The translations under genes and the position numbers were made by a program. A stretch of DNA of 64,000 nt from assembly GCA_964351525.1 (NCBI GenBank), contig CAYGOD010000002.1:230327-294326 (forward strand). The letters run 5' to 3'. This document shows, piece after piece, positions 1-9,103 of this stretch (position 1 is its first letter; each line of letters opens with the position of its first letter). The notes under the pieces were generated by a model that was not told the DNA's origin, did not search any database, and saw only the letters and a list, made by a program, of their open reading frames with translations. This DNA is from an uncultured Bdellovibrionales bacterium (GTDB lineage: Bacteria > Pseudomonadota > Alphaproteobacteria > Micavibrionales > GCA-2720935).

Positions 1-598
1 CGGCGCGTATATTAACAGCTTTTTGTGCAATGTTTTTAAGGGGGGTTGTGTCACCGCTTGCTTCCATTTCATCAAGTAAGCCTTGCCAATTCTCGGCATA
101 CGCCATGATTTCTGGATCATTAATAATGGCCTGTACATATTTTTCATTGACCTCAATCCACTTTAATTGCATCGCGGGGGGGAGATCAATGGCGTTATAT
201 AAAGCCGTTTTTAAGATATCGGGCAAGATTATATTCTCTGCGCTTAGGCGTTTGGTAATGCGCAATTTATCAAGATTGGTTATGCTATTAAAACCGCCAT
301 TTTCTTGTAATAAATAGAGATAATTTACCAATGTGTTACGATTGCCGGATTCGGCCATATGTTGAATATAATAACTCGCACACGATTGTTCATCGCTTAT
401 GGCCGCGGGTACATTGTCTAACGCCCATGATCCGGGAACCGCAATGCGTTCACTAGTCGTTGAGGGCATAACAGTATTGTTGCCTGATATAGGCTCGATA
501 ATGATACGTGTTTCCCCAGTCTGGGCTAGCGCATTCGTCGATAAACCCAAAAGACCGAGTGATAATGCTGATTTTAGGAATGTTTTTAATAAATTCAT
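1..598 (-). CDS. Secreted hypothetical protein, 3' end outside the window (partial)
   Basis: Hand translation of the minus strand from ATG at 598..596 is open down to position 2. No tta/cta/tca occurs in that frame, and an in-frame stop lies upstream at 650..652. The N-terminus MNLLKTFLKSALSLGLLGLSTNALAQ looks like a Sec signal peptide. It is absent from the ORF track because it runs off the edge. The plus-strand ORFs 30..317 and 399..605 are its shadows. Confidence 0.5.
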   Translation of the reverse strand, partial: MNLLKTFLKSALSLGLLGLSTNALAQTGETRIIIEPISGNNTVMPSTTSERIAVPGSWALDNVPAAISDEQSCASYYIQHMAESGNRNTLVNYLYLLQENGGFNSITNLDKLRITKRLSAENIILPDILKTALYNAIDLPPAMQLKWIEVNEKYVQAIINDPEIMAYAENWQGLLDEMEASGDTTPLKNIAQKAVNIRA

Positions 599-692
599 AA
601 CGTGATTATATAATACTTTACATAAAATGTAAATCACAAGCTTTTGCCATTAAGTTTTTGGTAAGACTTATTTAGTAGGAAAGGGCTGTTCT

Positions 693-1802
693 CTATGTGG
701 GGATAGGGCAGTTAATACCGCCAGATTTTTTAACTTTTTTTCTATAAGAGTTTGATTCTGCGATTGCCGTTAGAAACGCTTCTTTATTTTCCTGATATTG
801 CTTTTGGTAAGAGGTCGGATTATTAAAAGATAATTCAATTTGTTTAGCTGTTGCCCAAGCAACCGTTTCAATAGGATTGCTACGATAAGTCTTGCTTGTC
901 GCGTTCTTGTAATAGAACTTGGTCCCGTTTAGTTGAAAGATTGATGCTAAATAAGCGTGTTCAATATTCTGACTATTTGCTGATGTCTCGACCTCTAACT
1001 CTTTAAAGATATTTTGTACAAAGTGATCCATTTCGTGAGCAATTAAATTAGTGAGCTTGTGAGGATCATTTATTTTGTGATCTGGCTGTCCAACGTTGAT
1101 TTTGATATGACCGTTTTTATGTGATCCATTAATTATTCCTGTTTTTTCTTTAACAGCAGGATCATTATAAAAACTATGTGTTGGCATCTTGTTGAGACCA
1201 AATGCTTCAGCACGAATTTCTATAAGCCGTACGACATATTGTTTATGTGCTTTAGAAAGGTGGGTGTTTTCTTTTCCTACCCCAGTTATTGTGATGGTCT
1301 TTTCGTTCCATGATTTCGACAATTCTTTAAGCTGTTTATCTGTTGATACTGCGTTTATATAAGCATCGTTTCTTTCAAGCCACCAAAGTGCGATTTCTGG
1401 GGAAAGATTTACACCAGAGTAAAATTTATAGGCAATATCATTGTCAAAATTTAGACGGTTTTCAGAAATTGTCTCAAAGAGCGTTGCCTCAAACGATAGG
1501 GGAAGGCGCTCATAATCCTCGGCTGAAAGTCCCATAAACCAAGGGATAAAAGATCCGACAGCAACATTGTAATTGTGGGGGTTTGTGTCATGTCTAGTTT
1601 TTTTCATCGCGTTTCTGTGATGGTTTAGCGTCGTTAAATAATTTGAGGTAAAACAAACATCATCGTCATTTGTCATGCTATAGGCGTTTTGATTAATCCA
1701 ATCAGCGGAGATGTTGGGTTCTTTGACATGACAGCCTGAAACCGCAAAGCCGCCGGCGATTAGAAAAGATGTGATAAATTTACGCATAATATTATTATGC
1801 AT
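693..1802 (-). CDS. Putative lipoprotein with HExxH zinc-metalloprotease-like motif
   Basis: The N-terminus FITSFLIAGGFAVSGC has a lipobox-like VSGC. LIAHEMDHFVQ contains HExxH. AAGGA lies just upstream of the ATG. I recognise no family. Confidence 0.5.
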   Translation of the reverse strand: MHNNIMRKFITSFLIAGGFAVSGCHVKEPNISADWINQNAYSMTNDDDVCFTSNYLTTLNHHRNAMKKTRHDTNPHNYNVAVGSFIPWFMGLSAEDYERLPLSFEATLFETISENRLNFDNDIAYKFYSGVNLSPEIALWWLERNDAYINAVSTDKQLKELSKSWNEKTITITGVGKENTHLSKAHKQYVVRLIEIRAEAFGLNKMPTHSFYNDPAVKEKTGIINGSHKNGHIKINVGQPDHKINDPHKLTNLIAHEMDHFVQNIFKELEVETSANSQNIEHAYLASIFQLNGTKFYYKNATSKTYRSNPIETVAWATAKQIELSFNNPTSYQKQYQENKEAFLTAIAESNSYRKKVKKSGGINCPIPT

Positions 1803-1886
1803 AATGTCCTTTTGTGGGCAAGTTAAAATCTTAGAATATTTAAAAAACGCAACATTATTTCTATTTTCTAAAATTTACCATTCGCG

Positions 1887-2798
1887 TTATTTTTTAACGG
1901 GGCGTGGTTTTATCGGTTCTTCGGATGTTTTGAGGCGCTCAAGGAGGTCACGAGAGACAACAGTATCTTTTGTGATTTGCCCTTCTGGAAGCAGGCCTAA
2001 ACGACTTGCAAGATCTTGATAGTTGGTGATGTCACGATTATGATCTCTACCAAAATCTTTTTCATCCAAGACACCATTTTCTTTTAAGGGCCATAAGCGA
2101 CAGTTATTTGGCGAGAGTTCATCCGTCAAAATCATAAAGCTTTCATCTTCATAATAAAGGCGTCCAAATTCAAGGCGTACATCAACCAATTTGAAGCCGA
2201 TCCCCAAGAAAAGTCCACTTAAAAAGTCATTGACGCGTAGCGCCATCATGTAAATATCTTCAATCTCATCTTGGGTTGCCCAGCCAAAGGCGATTATGTG
2301 TTCATCGCTGATTATTGGATATTGACGCTTTTCATTTTTCAGCTGAAATTCAACGATTGATCGCGGCATTTGTGATCCCTCATCAATGCCTAGGCGTTCT
2401 GAAATATCCTTCGCGGCTAAGTTACGCACGACAATTTCAAAGGGCGGCGTATCTGTATCCCATACTAATTGCTCACGCATATTCATGACTTTAATGAAAT
2501 GTGTCGGCACACCAATCTCATCCAATTGGGTCATTAAATAAGCTGATATACGATTATTTAAAACACCCTTGCCAAAGATCAGGTCGGTATTTTTTGCGTC
2601 TACTGGCGTCGTGCCACCAATAGAGGTGACGTTATTGGGGGTTTTTGTGGATACGGGCTTTTCTTTAACGTCTTTTTTCTTATCAAAAATCGTAAAGGGA
2701 CGCATTGTGTCTTTGAAATGCTGGATTAATAATCCGTCTTCTGGACCTTCGAATAATGTCTTGGTGTGACCGTCATAAATTGTTTTGCGATTAATCAT
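1887..2798 (-). CDS. purC: Phosphoribosylaminoimidazole-succinocarboxamide (SAICAR) synthase
   Basis: GKGVLNNRISAYLMTQLDEIGVPTHFIKVMNMREQLV, EIVVRNLAAKDISERLGIDEG, RVNDFLSGLFLGIGFKLVDVRLEFG and LTDELSPNNCRLW match my memory of alphaproteobacterial PurC. It carries an extra Lys-rich insertion near the N-terminus and a C-terminal tail. Confidence 0.9.
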   Translation of the reverse strand: MINRKTIYDGHTKTLFEGPEDGLLIQHFKDTMRPFTIFDKKKDVKEKPVSTKTPNNVTSIGGTTPVDAKNTDLIFGKGVLNNRISAYLMTQLDEIGVPTHFIKVMNMREQLVWDTDTPPFEIVVRNLAAKDISERLGIDEGSQMPRSIVEFQLKNEKRQYPIISDEHIIAFGWATQDEIEDIYMMALRVNDFLSGLFLGIGFKLVDVRLEFGRLYYEDESFMILTDELSPNNCRLWPLKENGVLDEKDFGRDHNRDITNYQDLASRLGLLPEGQITKDTVVSRDLLERLKTSEEPIKPRPVKK

Positions 2799-2886
2799 GG
2801 CTTTATAAATTTCGTCATCTTGGTTTTTCTTTAATCATATTACTCTATTATCTATAACGTGTTTATGATTATTTAAAAAGGAAACA

Positions 2887-3201
2887 ATGATGTCTGACGT
2901 AAAGCAAAATAAATATCACCATGATCAAAATATGCAATTCAAGGTACAGGTAAAGGCCTCTAAGCTATTTGGCCTATGGGCGGCAGGTATCATGGGGTTT
3001 GATGGTGCCGAAGCTGAGAGTTATGCGTCAGAAGTTGTTGAGGCCGATTTCGAAGAACCAGGTTTTGAAGATGTCTTGCGTAAAGTTTCAAAAGATTTTA
3101 AAAAATCTGGTGCTAGGGTTGATGATAAACAAATGCGCCGCGTGCTAGATGAAAAGATCACAACGGCAAAACATGCCGTTATGGACGCGGAGAAATTGTA
3201 A
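2887..3201 (+). CDS. DUF1476 protein (F1-ATPase inhibitor zeta-subunit family)
   Basis: It is 104 aa. LFGLWAAGIMGFDGAEAESYASEVVEADFEEPGFEDVLRKVSKDF resembles the Paracoccus zeta subunit / DUF1476 pattern (LLGEWAA..., SDFDEPGDEDV) as I recall it. Confidence 0.65.
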   Translation: MMSDVKQNKYHHDQNMQFKVQVKASKLFGLWAAGIMGFDGAEAESYASEVVEADFEEPGFEDVLRKVSKDFKKSGARVDDKQMRRVLDEKITTAKHAVMDAEKL

Positions 3202-3218
3202 AAATAGCGCGATACGTC

Positions 3219-3905
3219 TTAATAATATAGATGTATTTCTGGTGGCAGGTCATTGTCTGAGAGGGCGGGGAATTTATTGTAAAAATCTGGCAATAAACGA
3301 AAATCCCACCACTCTTCGGGTAGCGGCATAATATTTAGTCCTAAATCCGTGGCGGCTGTTAAGAATGCATTTTCTAAAGCGTGACGATTATCTAGTATCT
3401 CTTGTTTAAATGATGTGACGTTGCGTGCGGCTAAATTCGGTTCACCATCGGGTGCCAAATAGTCAAAGAGCGTCCCCATGTCGCGTTTTTCCTGTGTTGT
3501 ATCATCGAACAATTCAACATCAACTGCCATTGCCCTTGGGTGTCCACCACCACCGGGCGTTGAGATAAGTTGATTTGGTTCTTCCAACCAATGCGGGTTA
3601 GCCCTAACCAGATCACAATTTTGCATGGCTGTTTGGGCATCAATTGTGCGCAAACAATCTTTAATGACTAAAGAATAATTATGCGTTTGCTTTAATAGTG
3701 TGGCCGCACCCAATGTTATGTGTGCTAAATCTGTATCACACCAACAGCGCGCCTGTTTTTTATAAAAGGCTGTTTTGAAAACATTATCGGGATGGTCTTT
3801 ATCGCTATAGGCGAGATCAATTTTTATCGCATGAGATTTTTCAAAATCGTTCAAACAGACCAAACGATTGATTAAATCTTGCTTACTGTGGGATCGGGCA
3901 CTCAC
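3219..3905 (-). CDS. D-Ala-D-Ala dipeptidase-like zinc peptidase (VanX/DdpX, M15D-like)
   Basis: GGGGHPRAMAVDVEL gives an H-x6-D zinc motif. PLPEEWWDFRL corresponds to the E-W-W-H catalytic/ligand motif, but with Asp in place of His. The start lies 4 nt after the stop of the Mur ligase gene. Confidence 0.55.
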   Translation of the reverse strand: MSARSHSKQDLINRLVCLNDFEKSHAIKIDLAYSDKDHPDNVFKTAFYKKQARCWCDTDLAHITLGAATLLKQTHNYSLVIKDCLRTIDAQTAMQNCDLVRANPHWLEEPNQLISTPGGGGHPRAMAVDVELFDDTTQEKRDMGTLFDYLAPDGEPNLAARNVTSFKQEILDNRHALENAFLTAATDLGLNIMPLPEEWWDFRLLPDFYNKFPALSDNDLPPEIHLYY

Positions 3906-3909
3906 GTAC

Positions 3910-5244
3910 TTATTGTCCAGTGGCTATTTTTTTGAACAGTGCGCTGCGCTCTTTGTAATTATTAAAGGGTGGGCCAGATGGGCCCGCAGGGGCAAAAAGT
4001 ATGACTTCATTTTCGCGCGCTTTTTCTTCCGCACCCCTAACGGCTTCTTCGAAGCTATCGTAAAAACTGGCAAATTTTGGTTTTAAAGCCATTAAATTTT
4101 CACCGCACGGATCAAAACAATGAATATGAATTTCTTCTTCGTCGTTTAAAATAGAAACGAAATCAGTAAAATCTTGACCGTTATCTTTACCACCGATTAG
4201 GAGATGAATATTATTCTCAGGGAATTGATCCAGCGCCATCAAGGATGCCTCTGGAATTGTTGCCAATGAATCATCTATCCAAAACTTCCCATCACGTTCA
4301 CTGACCACTTCCAGACGATGTGCCAAGGTTTCCCAATCTTGTAAATAATCGCCTAAATTATCCAATAAGGCCGCCATATTGACCCACTCGGTTTGCTGTA
4401 AAATGGTCAAGACCTGTAACAGGTTGCGCTGTAAAGGGTCGCGAAAAAAGCGCTCGCCAATATCACTCATTTTTACTGCTAGAATATCCATGATGCGCAA
4501 GAAACCCTGACTGATATAAACATTATCCTCGACGAAATGCGTATTCTCATATCCTTCTGGCATATATTGATTCAGATCTTTCCAGATAAGCGCTTGGCAC
4601 GTATTATCGCGCTCAAAGGGACTGAACTTGGTGGCGATATATGCATCTGTGCCGCCGTGCCAATCTGTGTGGGCACGGTAAATACTGGTCACCGCATGAT
4701 AGGGGGCGTTATAGCGCATATCTGATAATTGATAAGATGATGTTTCAACAACAGCTACGGAATTTTCACCAAATAATGTGGTAAAGGGGCTTTCACCAAT
4801 ATTGCCCATCGCATAGGCATCAAGGCCGGCCTTGTTCAAAATATGTGTTAATAAAGAAACGGTCGTGCTCTTGCCTTTTGACCCCGTAATGGTAATTGTG
4901 CGTTTTGGTGCAAAATTCTCTAACCAGAAACTTAATGGTGTTGTATGGGGAATGTTTTTTGCACGTGCAGCAACCAATGCTTCATGCTCTAACGTAATGC
5001 CTGGGGATCTTAAAACGATAGCTTTTTTGGCATCTGGTACAGTGTTGATCTGTGTTAGAAAATCAGCTTCGTTTAAATATGTAATATTTTTTTGATTCTC
5101 AAATTGCTCGAATAAAGATGTTTTTGAATCTGTCACATAAAGATGACCATCTAGTTCCGCATTGGCTAAAAAATTGACACATGATGTGCCCTCAAGCCCA
5201 AGTCCGAGAATAAAAAAATCAGTGTTTTGATAGACGTCAATCAT
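3910..5244 (-). CDS. Mur ligase family protein, MurD-like (possible MurD2-type UDP-MurNAc-L-Ala:Glu ligase)
   Basis: The N-terminal Rossmann-like FFILGLGLEGTSCVNFL, the P-loop ITGSKGKSTTVSLLTHIL, the C-terminal DDSLATIPEA and LLIGGKDNGQDF follow the MurD layout. It is not in a dcw context. It overlaps the upstream gene by ATGA. Confidence 0.75.
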   Translation of the reverse strand: MIDVYQNTDFFILGLGLEGTSCVNFLANAELDGHLYVTDSKTSLFEQFENQKNITYLNEADFLTQINTVPDAKKAIVLRSPGITLEHEALVAARAKNIPHTTPLSFWLENFAPKRTITITGSKGKSTTVSLLTHILNKAGLDAYAMGNIGESPFTTLFGENSVAVVETSSYQLSDMRYNAPYHAVTSIYRAHTDWHGGTDAYIATKFSPFERDNTCQALIWKDLNQYMPEGYENTHFVEDNVYISQGFLRIMDILAVKMSDIGERFFRDPLQRNLLQVLTILQQTEWVNMAALLDNLGDYLQDWETLAHRLEVVSERDGKFWIDDSLATIPEASLMALDQFPENNIHLLIGGKDNGQDFTDFVSILNDEEEIHIHCFDPCGENLMALKPKFASFYDSFEEAVRGAEEKARENEVILFAPAGPSGPPFNNYKERSALFKKIATGQ

Positions 5245-6653
5245 GGATACTCTGCTAATTCGTGTTCAACTACGGTCATTATCCGTTGTGGTAATGACGT
5301 TTTTATATCGTTGTTAGTGTCGTTTTTTTTCGCCTGTAACGCAATTAAATTCGTCATAAAATCATCGGTCCATATGTTTTTTTCAAGGCGTTTTTGTTCA
5401 TAAAGAGTAATCAAAGAGGCTCTAGATTCGGTAATCGTACCAACACATTCCCATGGTTTTTGGTCGCTCAACCCTAAAATTTCTGTGTAATAAGGGTGTA
5501 ATTCAGAGCCATTAACAAAGTCACCGCCAAAAATTGCTATGGCTTTTTCTTTTGACAAATAGGGTGATAAAATCAGCGCCGTAAACGCACATTTTGGACA
5601 GTTACCGCACCATGGTTGGTGTGTTGCGCTTTTATTATCATGGGTAAAGTTCTTATTACAGCTTAAAAAATAGGGATGATGTTCTGTTTGTTGCGCGAAT
5701 AAATACCCAATTTTTTGTTCGTCAAGGGGGCGCAGAATTGAAAAATAACTGGGATAGTCGCCATCTAAGTTTTGTAAAAAGACGTTTATGTCGTTTTCGC
5801 ATGCAGCACTTTTACTATATTGGTGATTAACGGGCATAATATCGCCCGTTTCTGTTTTATGCATCATTGTTGCCTCATCCGCAGATTTCTCATTGGCAAA
5901 AATAACGGCTTGTTTGTTTGTAAGACTGGCAAATACGAGCAAAATAAAACTATTAATCGCCGTAACGGGGACGTGACCATTGTGGCCTTGTTGTAGCGCT
6001 TTTGATTTTGGATCTAACAGTGATTTATCAAGGCGTCTCTGGATGAATGTCACCGCATTATCGCTGGCGGATTGAATGGTTTTTTCGATGGCTGGCGACA
6101 ATGAAACACTGGCACGTATAGTGTTAGAGCACCCTGCTTTTTCAATTAAGGATTGTGCGACATACGAATCTTTACCGCCACCAAAGGCAACGATTGCAGA
6201 GTGTGGCATCAGCGGTGTTGCCATCACTCGTGTTTCTGTGTCTGTTGTTTTTTGAGGAAAAGCCCAGTCTTGCTGGTAGGGATAGGGAAGGTCGGCACGT
6301 ATGAAGAATTCACCTAAACCTTCTTGATATAGGGATTGAATTAATATGCGAGCCGTATTTTTTTGAAAAATAAGATGGTCACATTTAAGGTTTTGGGCGG
6401 CATTTAATTTATAATAACTAACGCCGATAATTGCATGGAGCATATCGATTAACGGTTTTTGTTTTTGTAACGCCTCGGTTGTTGTCGGTAAAGGCAATGT
6501 GATAGTTTCGATGAATTCCCCAAAGGCCGAACAACGATAGTGAAAAGATAGCTTATTTGCTGCCTCGTCAAAGACCCAATCTATTATATGAAAGCTTGCT
6601 GTCATTGTGAAATCGCGTATAGTTAAAGGGTTAGTTGCTTGACTTTTATGCAC
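5241..6653 (-). CDS. PP-loop ATP pyrophosphatase-like protein, possible MurL-type UDP-MurNAc-L-Ala-L-Glu epimerase
   Basis: AFGGGKDSYVAQSL is an SGGxDS-type PP-loop. WCGNCPKCAFTAL is a Cys cluster of the kind seen at the C-terminus of PP-loop enzymes. It is translationally coupled (ATGA overlap) to the MurD-like gene. The start is uncertain: GTG at 6653 or ATG at 6605, neither with a clear SD. Confidence 0.45.
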   Translation of the reverse strand: MHKSQATNPLTIRDFTMTASFHIIDWVFDEAANKLSFHYRCSAFGEFIETITLPLPTTTEALQKQKPLIDMLHAIIGVSYYKLNAAQNLKCDHLIFQKNTARILIQSLYQEGLGEFFIRADLPYPYQQDWAFPQKTTDTETRVMATPLMPHSAIVAFGGGKDSYVAQSLIEKAGCSNTIRASVSLSPAIEKTIQSASDNAVTFIQRRLDKSLLDPKSKALQQGHNGHVPVTAINSFILLVFASLTNKQAVIFANEKSADEATMMHKTETGDIMPVNHQYSKSAACENDINVFLQNLDGDYPSYFSILRPLDEQKIGYLFAQQTEHHPYFLSCNKNFTHDNKSATHQPWCGNCPKCAFTALILSPYLSKEKAIAIFGGDFVNGSELHPYYTEILGLSDQKPWECVGTITESRASLITLYEQKRLEKNIWTDDFMTNLIALQAKKNDTNNDIKTSLPQRIMTVVEHELAEYP

Positions 6654-6706
6654 GAAAACACACTATAAATCAAAGTAAATAGCACGATATTGAAAGAGAC
6701 TAAAAT

Positions 6707-6940
6707 ATGCCAATTGCCGAAACAGATTTAAAAGCCATGCTGGTTGAGGGTTTTCCAGATGCCGATATTATCCTGACAGATTTGGCAGGAGATGGCGATC
6801 ATTATAAGGCCGTTATAAAAAGTGATGCTTTTGAAGGAAAAAACCGTGTTCAACAACACCAAATGGTCTATAAATCATTACATGGAAAAATGGGCGGTGA
6901 ATTACATGCCCTTGCCCTTGAAACAGGCACAAAATCGTAA
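6707..6940 (+). CDS. bolA: BolA family protein
   Basis: It is 77 aa, with HYKAVIKSDAFEGKNRVQQHQMVYKSL and ELHALAL typical of BolA/IbaG. It lies directly upstream of a monothiol glutaredoxin, its usual partner. Confidence 0.85.
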   Translation: MPIAETDLKAMLVEGFPDADIILTDLAGDGDHYKAVIKSDAFEGKNRVQQHQMVYKSLHGKMGGELHALALETGTKS

Positions 6941-6977
6941 TAAATAAAGAATAATAAAAACAAGAAGGATCTTTATC

Positions 6978-7316
6978 ATGACAGAAATGACACCAATACA
7001 CGCCGACATTCAAAAAACCATCGACAGCAGTGATGTTGTCTTGTTTATGAAGGGCACAGATATTTTTCCACAATGTGGATTTTCCGCGGCCGTTGTACAG
7101 GTTTTAAACCATATGGAAGTAACATTTACATCTATCAATGTTTTGGAAGATGCTGAATTACGTCAAGGCATTAAAGAGTTTTCAAGCTGGCCAACAATCC
7201 CACAGCTTTACGTTAAGGGATCCTTTGTCGGCGGGTGTGACATTATTAAAGAAATGTACACAGAAGGTGAGTTACAGACATTATTCGCCGATCAAGACAT
7301 TCAACATGTTGCGTAA
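6978..7316 (+). CDS. grxD: Monothiol glutaredoxin (Grx4 family)
   Basis: The CGFS active site ([14 protein letters not shown]) and [19 protein letters not shown] are present. Confidence 0.9.
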   Translation: MTEMTPIHADIQKTIDSSDVVLFMKGTDIFPQCGFSAAVVQVLNHMEVTFTSINVLEDAELRQGIKEFSSWPTIPQLYVKGSFVGGCDIIKEMYTEGELQTLFADQDIQHVA

Positions 7317-7395
7317 GATTTTTTTTAAGATCTCGCATTTCTAATAAAATTAAAACATAATAAAGTCCTGATAATAACTTCAGAGCTTTATTTAT

Positions 7396-8196
7396 ATGAT
7401 GGATATTTTTTTACAATTTTTGCCCTTTGTAGGGCTCGGCTTCGCGATGGGGTTCATTACCTCTGTTTCTGGCGGTGGTGGCGTTTTTGGTGTACCTGCA
7501 TTCCTTATGTTGGGCTTGCCGCCCATGCATGCATTGGCTTTGAACCGTATCTCTGATATTGGTTGTTTGATTGGTGCGCTACCGAACTTTATGAAGGCGC
7601 GATTAATTGAAAAGAAACAATCTCTTCCTTTGCTTGTTTGTCTTTTGCTCGGTGCTGTACTGGGCGTTAATGTCATGGCTAATTTATTAGAAGAAGTACA
7701 AAAATATATTATTTTTAGCGGCGCCGTTTTGGCTATTTTATTAATGATTTTTAGTGATTTGCGCGGTTCTACAATAGTTGAAAATAAAGCATCTTTTTTA
7801 CAATTATCAACCAAAACTAAAACCGCGTGCGGTTTTCTGTTTATATTTTTGTGTGGTATATGGGACGGCGTTTTGGCGATGGCTGGCGGTACAATGATTT
7901 TATTGGTTCTACATATTTTCTTTGATATGAATCTAAAACAAGCGCGTGGTACAGGGCTGTTTTTGGCTGTGCCCGAAACCCTGTTTACAACAGTCTTTCT
8001 ACTTTATTATATCTATAATGATGCAACCAATTTCGCTGACTTTACCTCATATGGCTTTATTATCTTCTTATCGTCTTTGGTTGGTGCAATCATTGGCTCA
8101 AAAATGATGATTAAATATGATGTGCGCTTTATCCGCGGTTTTATATGTCTTGTTGCCGTTTTGATTATTGGTCGGCTTGTTTTCTTGCCGTTATAA
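7396..8196 (+). CDS. TSUP (TauE/SafE) family anion exporter
   Basis: It is polytopic and hydrophobic. The Gly-rich first helix SGGGGVFGVPAFLMLGLPP and a second half with GGTMILLVL are characteristic of the TauE/SafE duplication. Confidence 0.7.
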   Translation: MMDIFLQFLPFVGLGFAMGFITSVSGGGGVFGVPAFLMLGLPPMHALALNRISDIGCLIGALPNFMKARLIEKKQSLPLLVCLLLGAVLGVNVMANLLEEVQKYIIFSGAVLAILLMIFSDLRGSTIVENKASFLQLSTKTKTACGFLFIFLCGIWDGVLAMAGGTMILLVLHIFFDMNLKQARGTGLFLAVPETLFTTVFLLYYIYNDATNFADFTSYGFIIFLSSLVGAIIGSKMMIKYDVRFIRGFICLVAVLIIGRLVFLPL

Positions 8197-8538
8197 GAGA
8201 TCTATTTCCAATAAAAACGCCTCTAATTCTTCTTGGCTTTCTTGTATGATGAGGGCATGTGCAATCTCTGTTTCATAAATTTCTTGGTTTATTGTTTCAT
8301 TCAAAAATGCGGCTATTTCGCGATCAGCCACTTGTGGCCCATAGAAAAATGAATAGAGACTAAGGACGACCAAGGTTATGCCCATTAAAGGCACAGCACG
8401 GCGCATCATCGTGAAAATAAACGGTGTTTCAGATGTTTTACGATCACTTATTTTGGTCATAATTTTCTCATTTAAATTTTGTGACGGTTTTGGGGTATCA
8501 TATCCGTCAAGCATCGTGTTTAATGTTTTATCATCCAT
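8191..8538 (-). CDS. Putative single-pass anti-sigma factor
   Basis: It is 115 aa with one TM segment (AVPLMGITLVVLSLYSFFY). It lies 15 nt downstream of the ECF sigma gene on the same strand. The call is positional only. Confidence 0.4.
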   Translation of the reverse strand: MDDKTLNTMLDGYDTPKPSQNLNEKIMTKISDRKTSETPFIFTMMRRAVPLMGITLVVLSLYSFFYGPQVADREIAAFLNETINQEIYETEIAHALIIQESQEELEAFLLEIDLL

Positions 8539-8553
8539 TGTCTTTACCTTTTT

Positions 8554-9081
8554 CTACTTTTGTAAGAAATCTTTCATTGTCTGGCGCGCTTTTGATAGAT
8601 GTCGTTCAATTGCTTTTGGCGTTGTTTTTAGGCTTTTTGCGCATTCTTGATTTGTTAAACCATGATAATAGGTCAAAATCAAAATGGTGCGCTGTTTTTC
8701 ATTCAAAACGGCCAAGCCATTACGTACCATATTTTTATGCTCAAGGGCTTTGTCGTTTGTCGGTGCAGACGTTGTTTCTATCATCTCTTTTTGATGGTCG
8801 GCGCGGCGCTTCATAGCGCGGCCAATATCACACCATTTATTGTAACAAAGCGTGTAAAGCCAGCTTGTGAATTTTGCTTTTTCGGGATCATAGTTTTTTG
8901 CTTTTTCCCAGAGTGTTAAAGCAACATCTTGGGTTAAATCCTCGGCATCATTTTGATTGGCACCCATACGATAAAAATATTTAAACATGATGGGGATAAT
9001 ATACGTCAATAATTTAGAAAAAGCAGCCCGATCACCATCGGCAACATGATTGATAAGCGATATGTAATCGGGCTGTTTCAT
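8554..9081 (-). CDS. ECF-type RNA polymerase sigma-70 factor
   Basis: Region 2 is DAEDLTQDVALTLWEKAKNYDPEKAKFTSWLYTLCYN. Region 4 HTH is LNEKQRTILILTYYHGLTNQECAKSLKTTPKAIERHLSKARQTMK. Confidence 0.85.
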   Translation of the reverse strand: MKQPDYISLINHVADGDRAAFSKLLTYIIPIMFKYFYRMGANQNDAEDLTQDVALTLWEKAKNYDPEKAKFTSWLYTLCYNKWCDIGRAMKRRADHQKEMIETTSAPTNDKALEHKNMVRNGLAVLNEKQRTILILTYYHGLTNQECAKSLKTTPKAIERHLSKARQTMKDFLQK

Positions 9082-9103
9082 TACTTTAATTAATTCTCTT
9101 GTA

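Noticed and set aside
30-605. Plus-strand ORFs 30..317 and 399..605 from the track
   Set aside because: Both are shadows of a longer open minus-strand frame (598..2). That frame starts with a convincing signal peptide and runs off the window edge. The plus-strand translations are Cys/Ser/Phe-rich and not protein-like.
7392-7814. 140-aa antisense ORF opposite the TSUP transporter gene
   Set aside because: The plus-strand frame shows the TauE/SafE motifs. The antisense product has no features.
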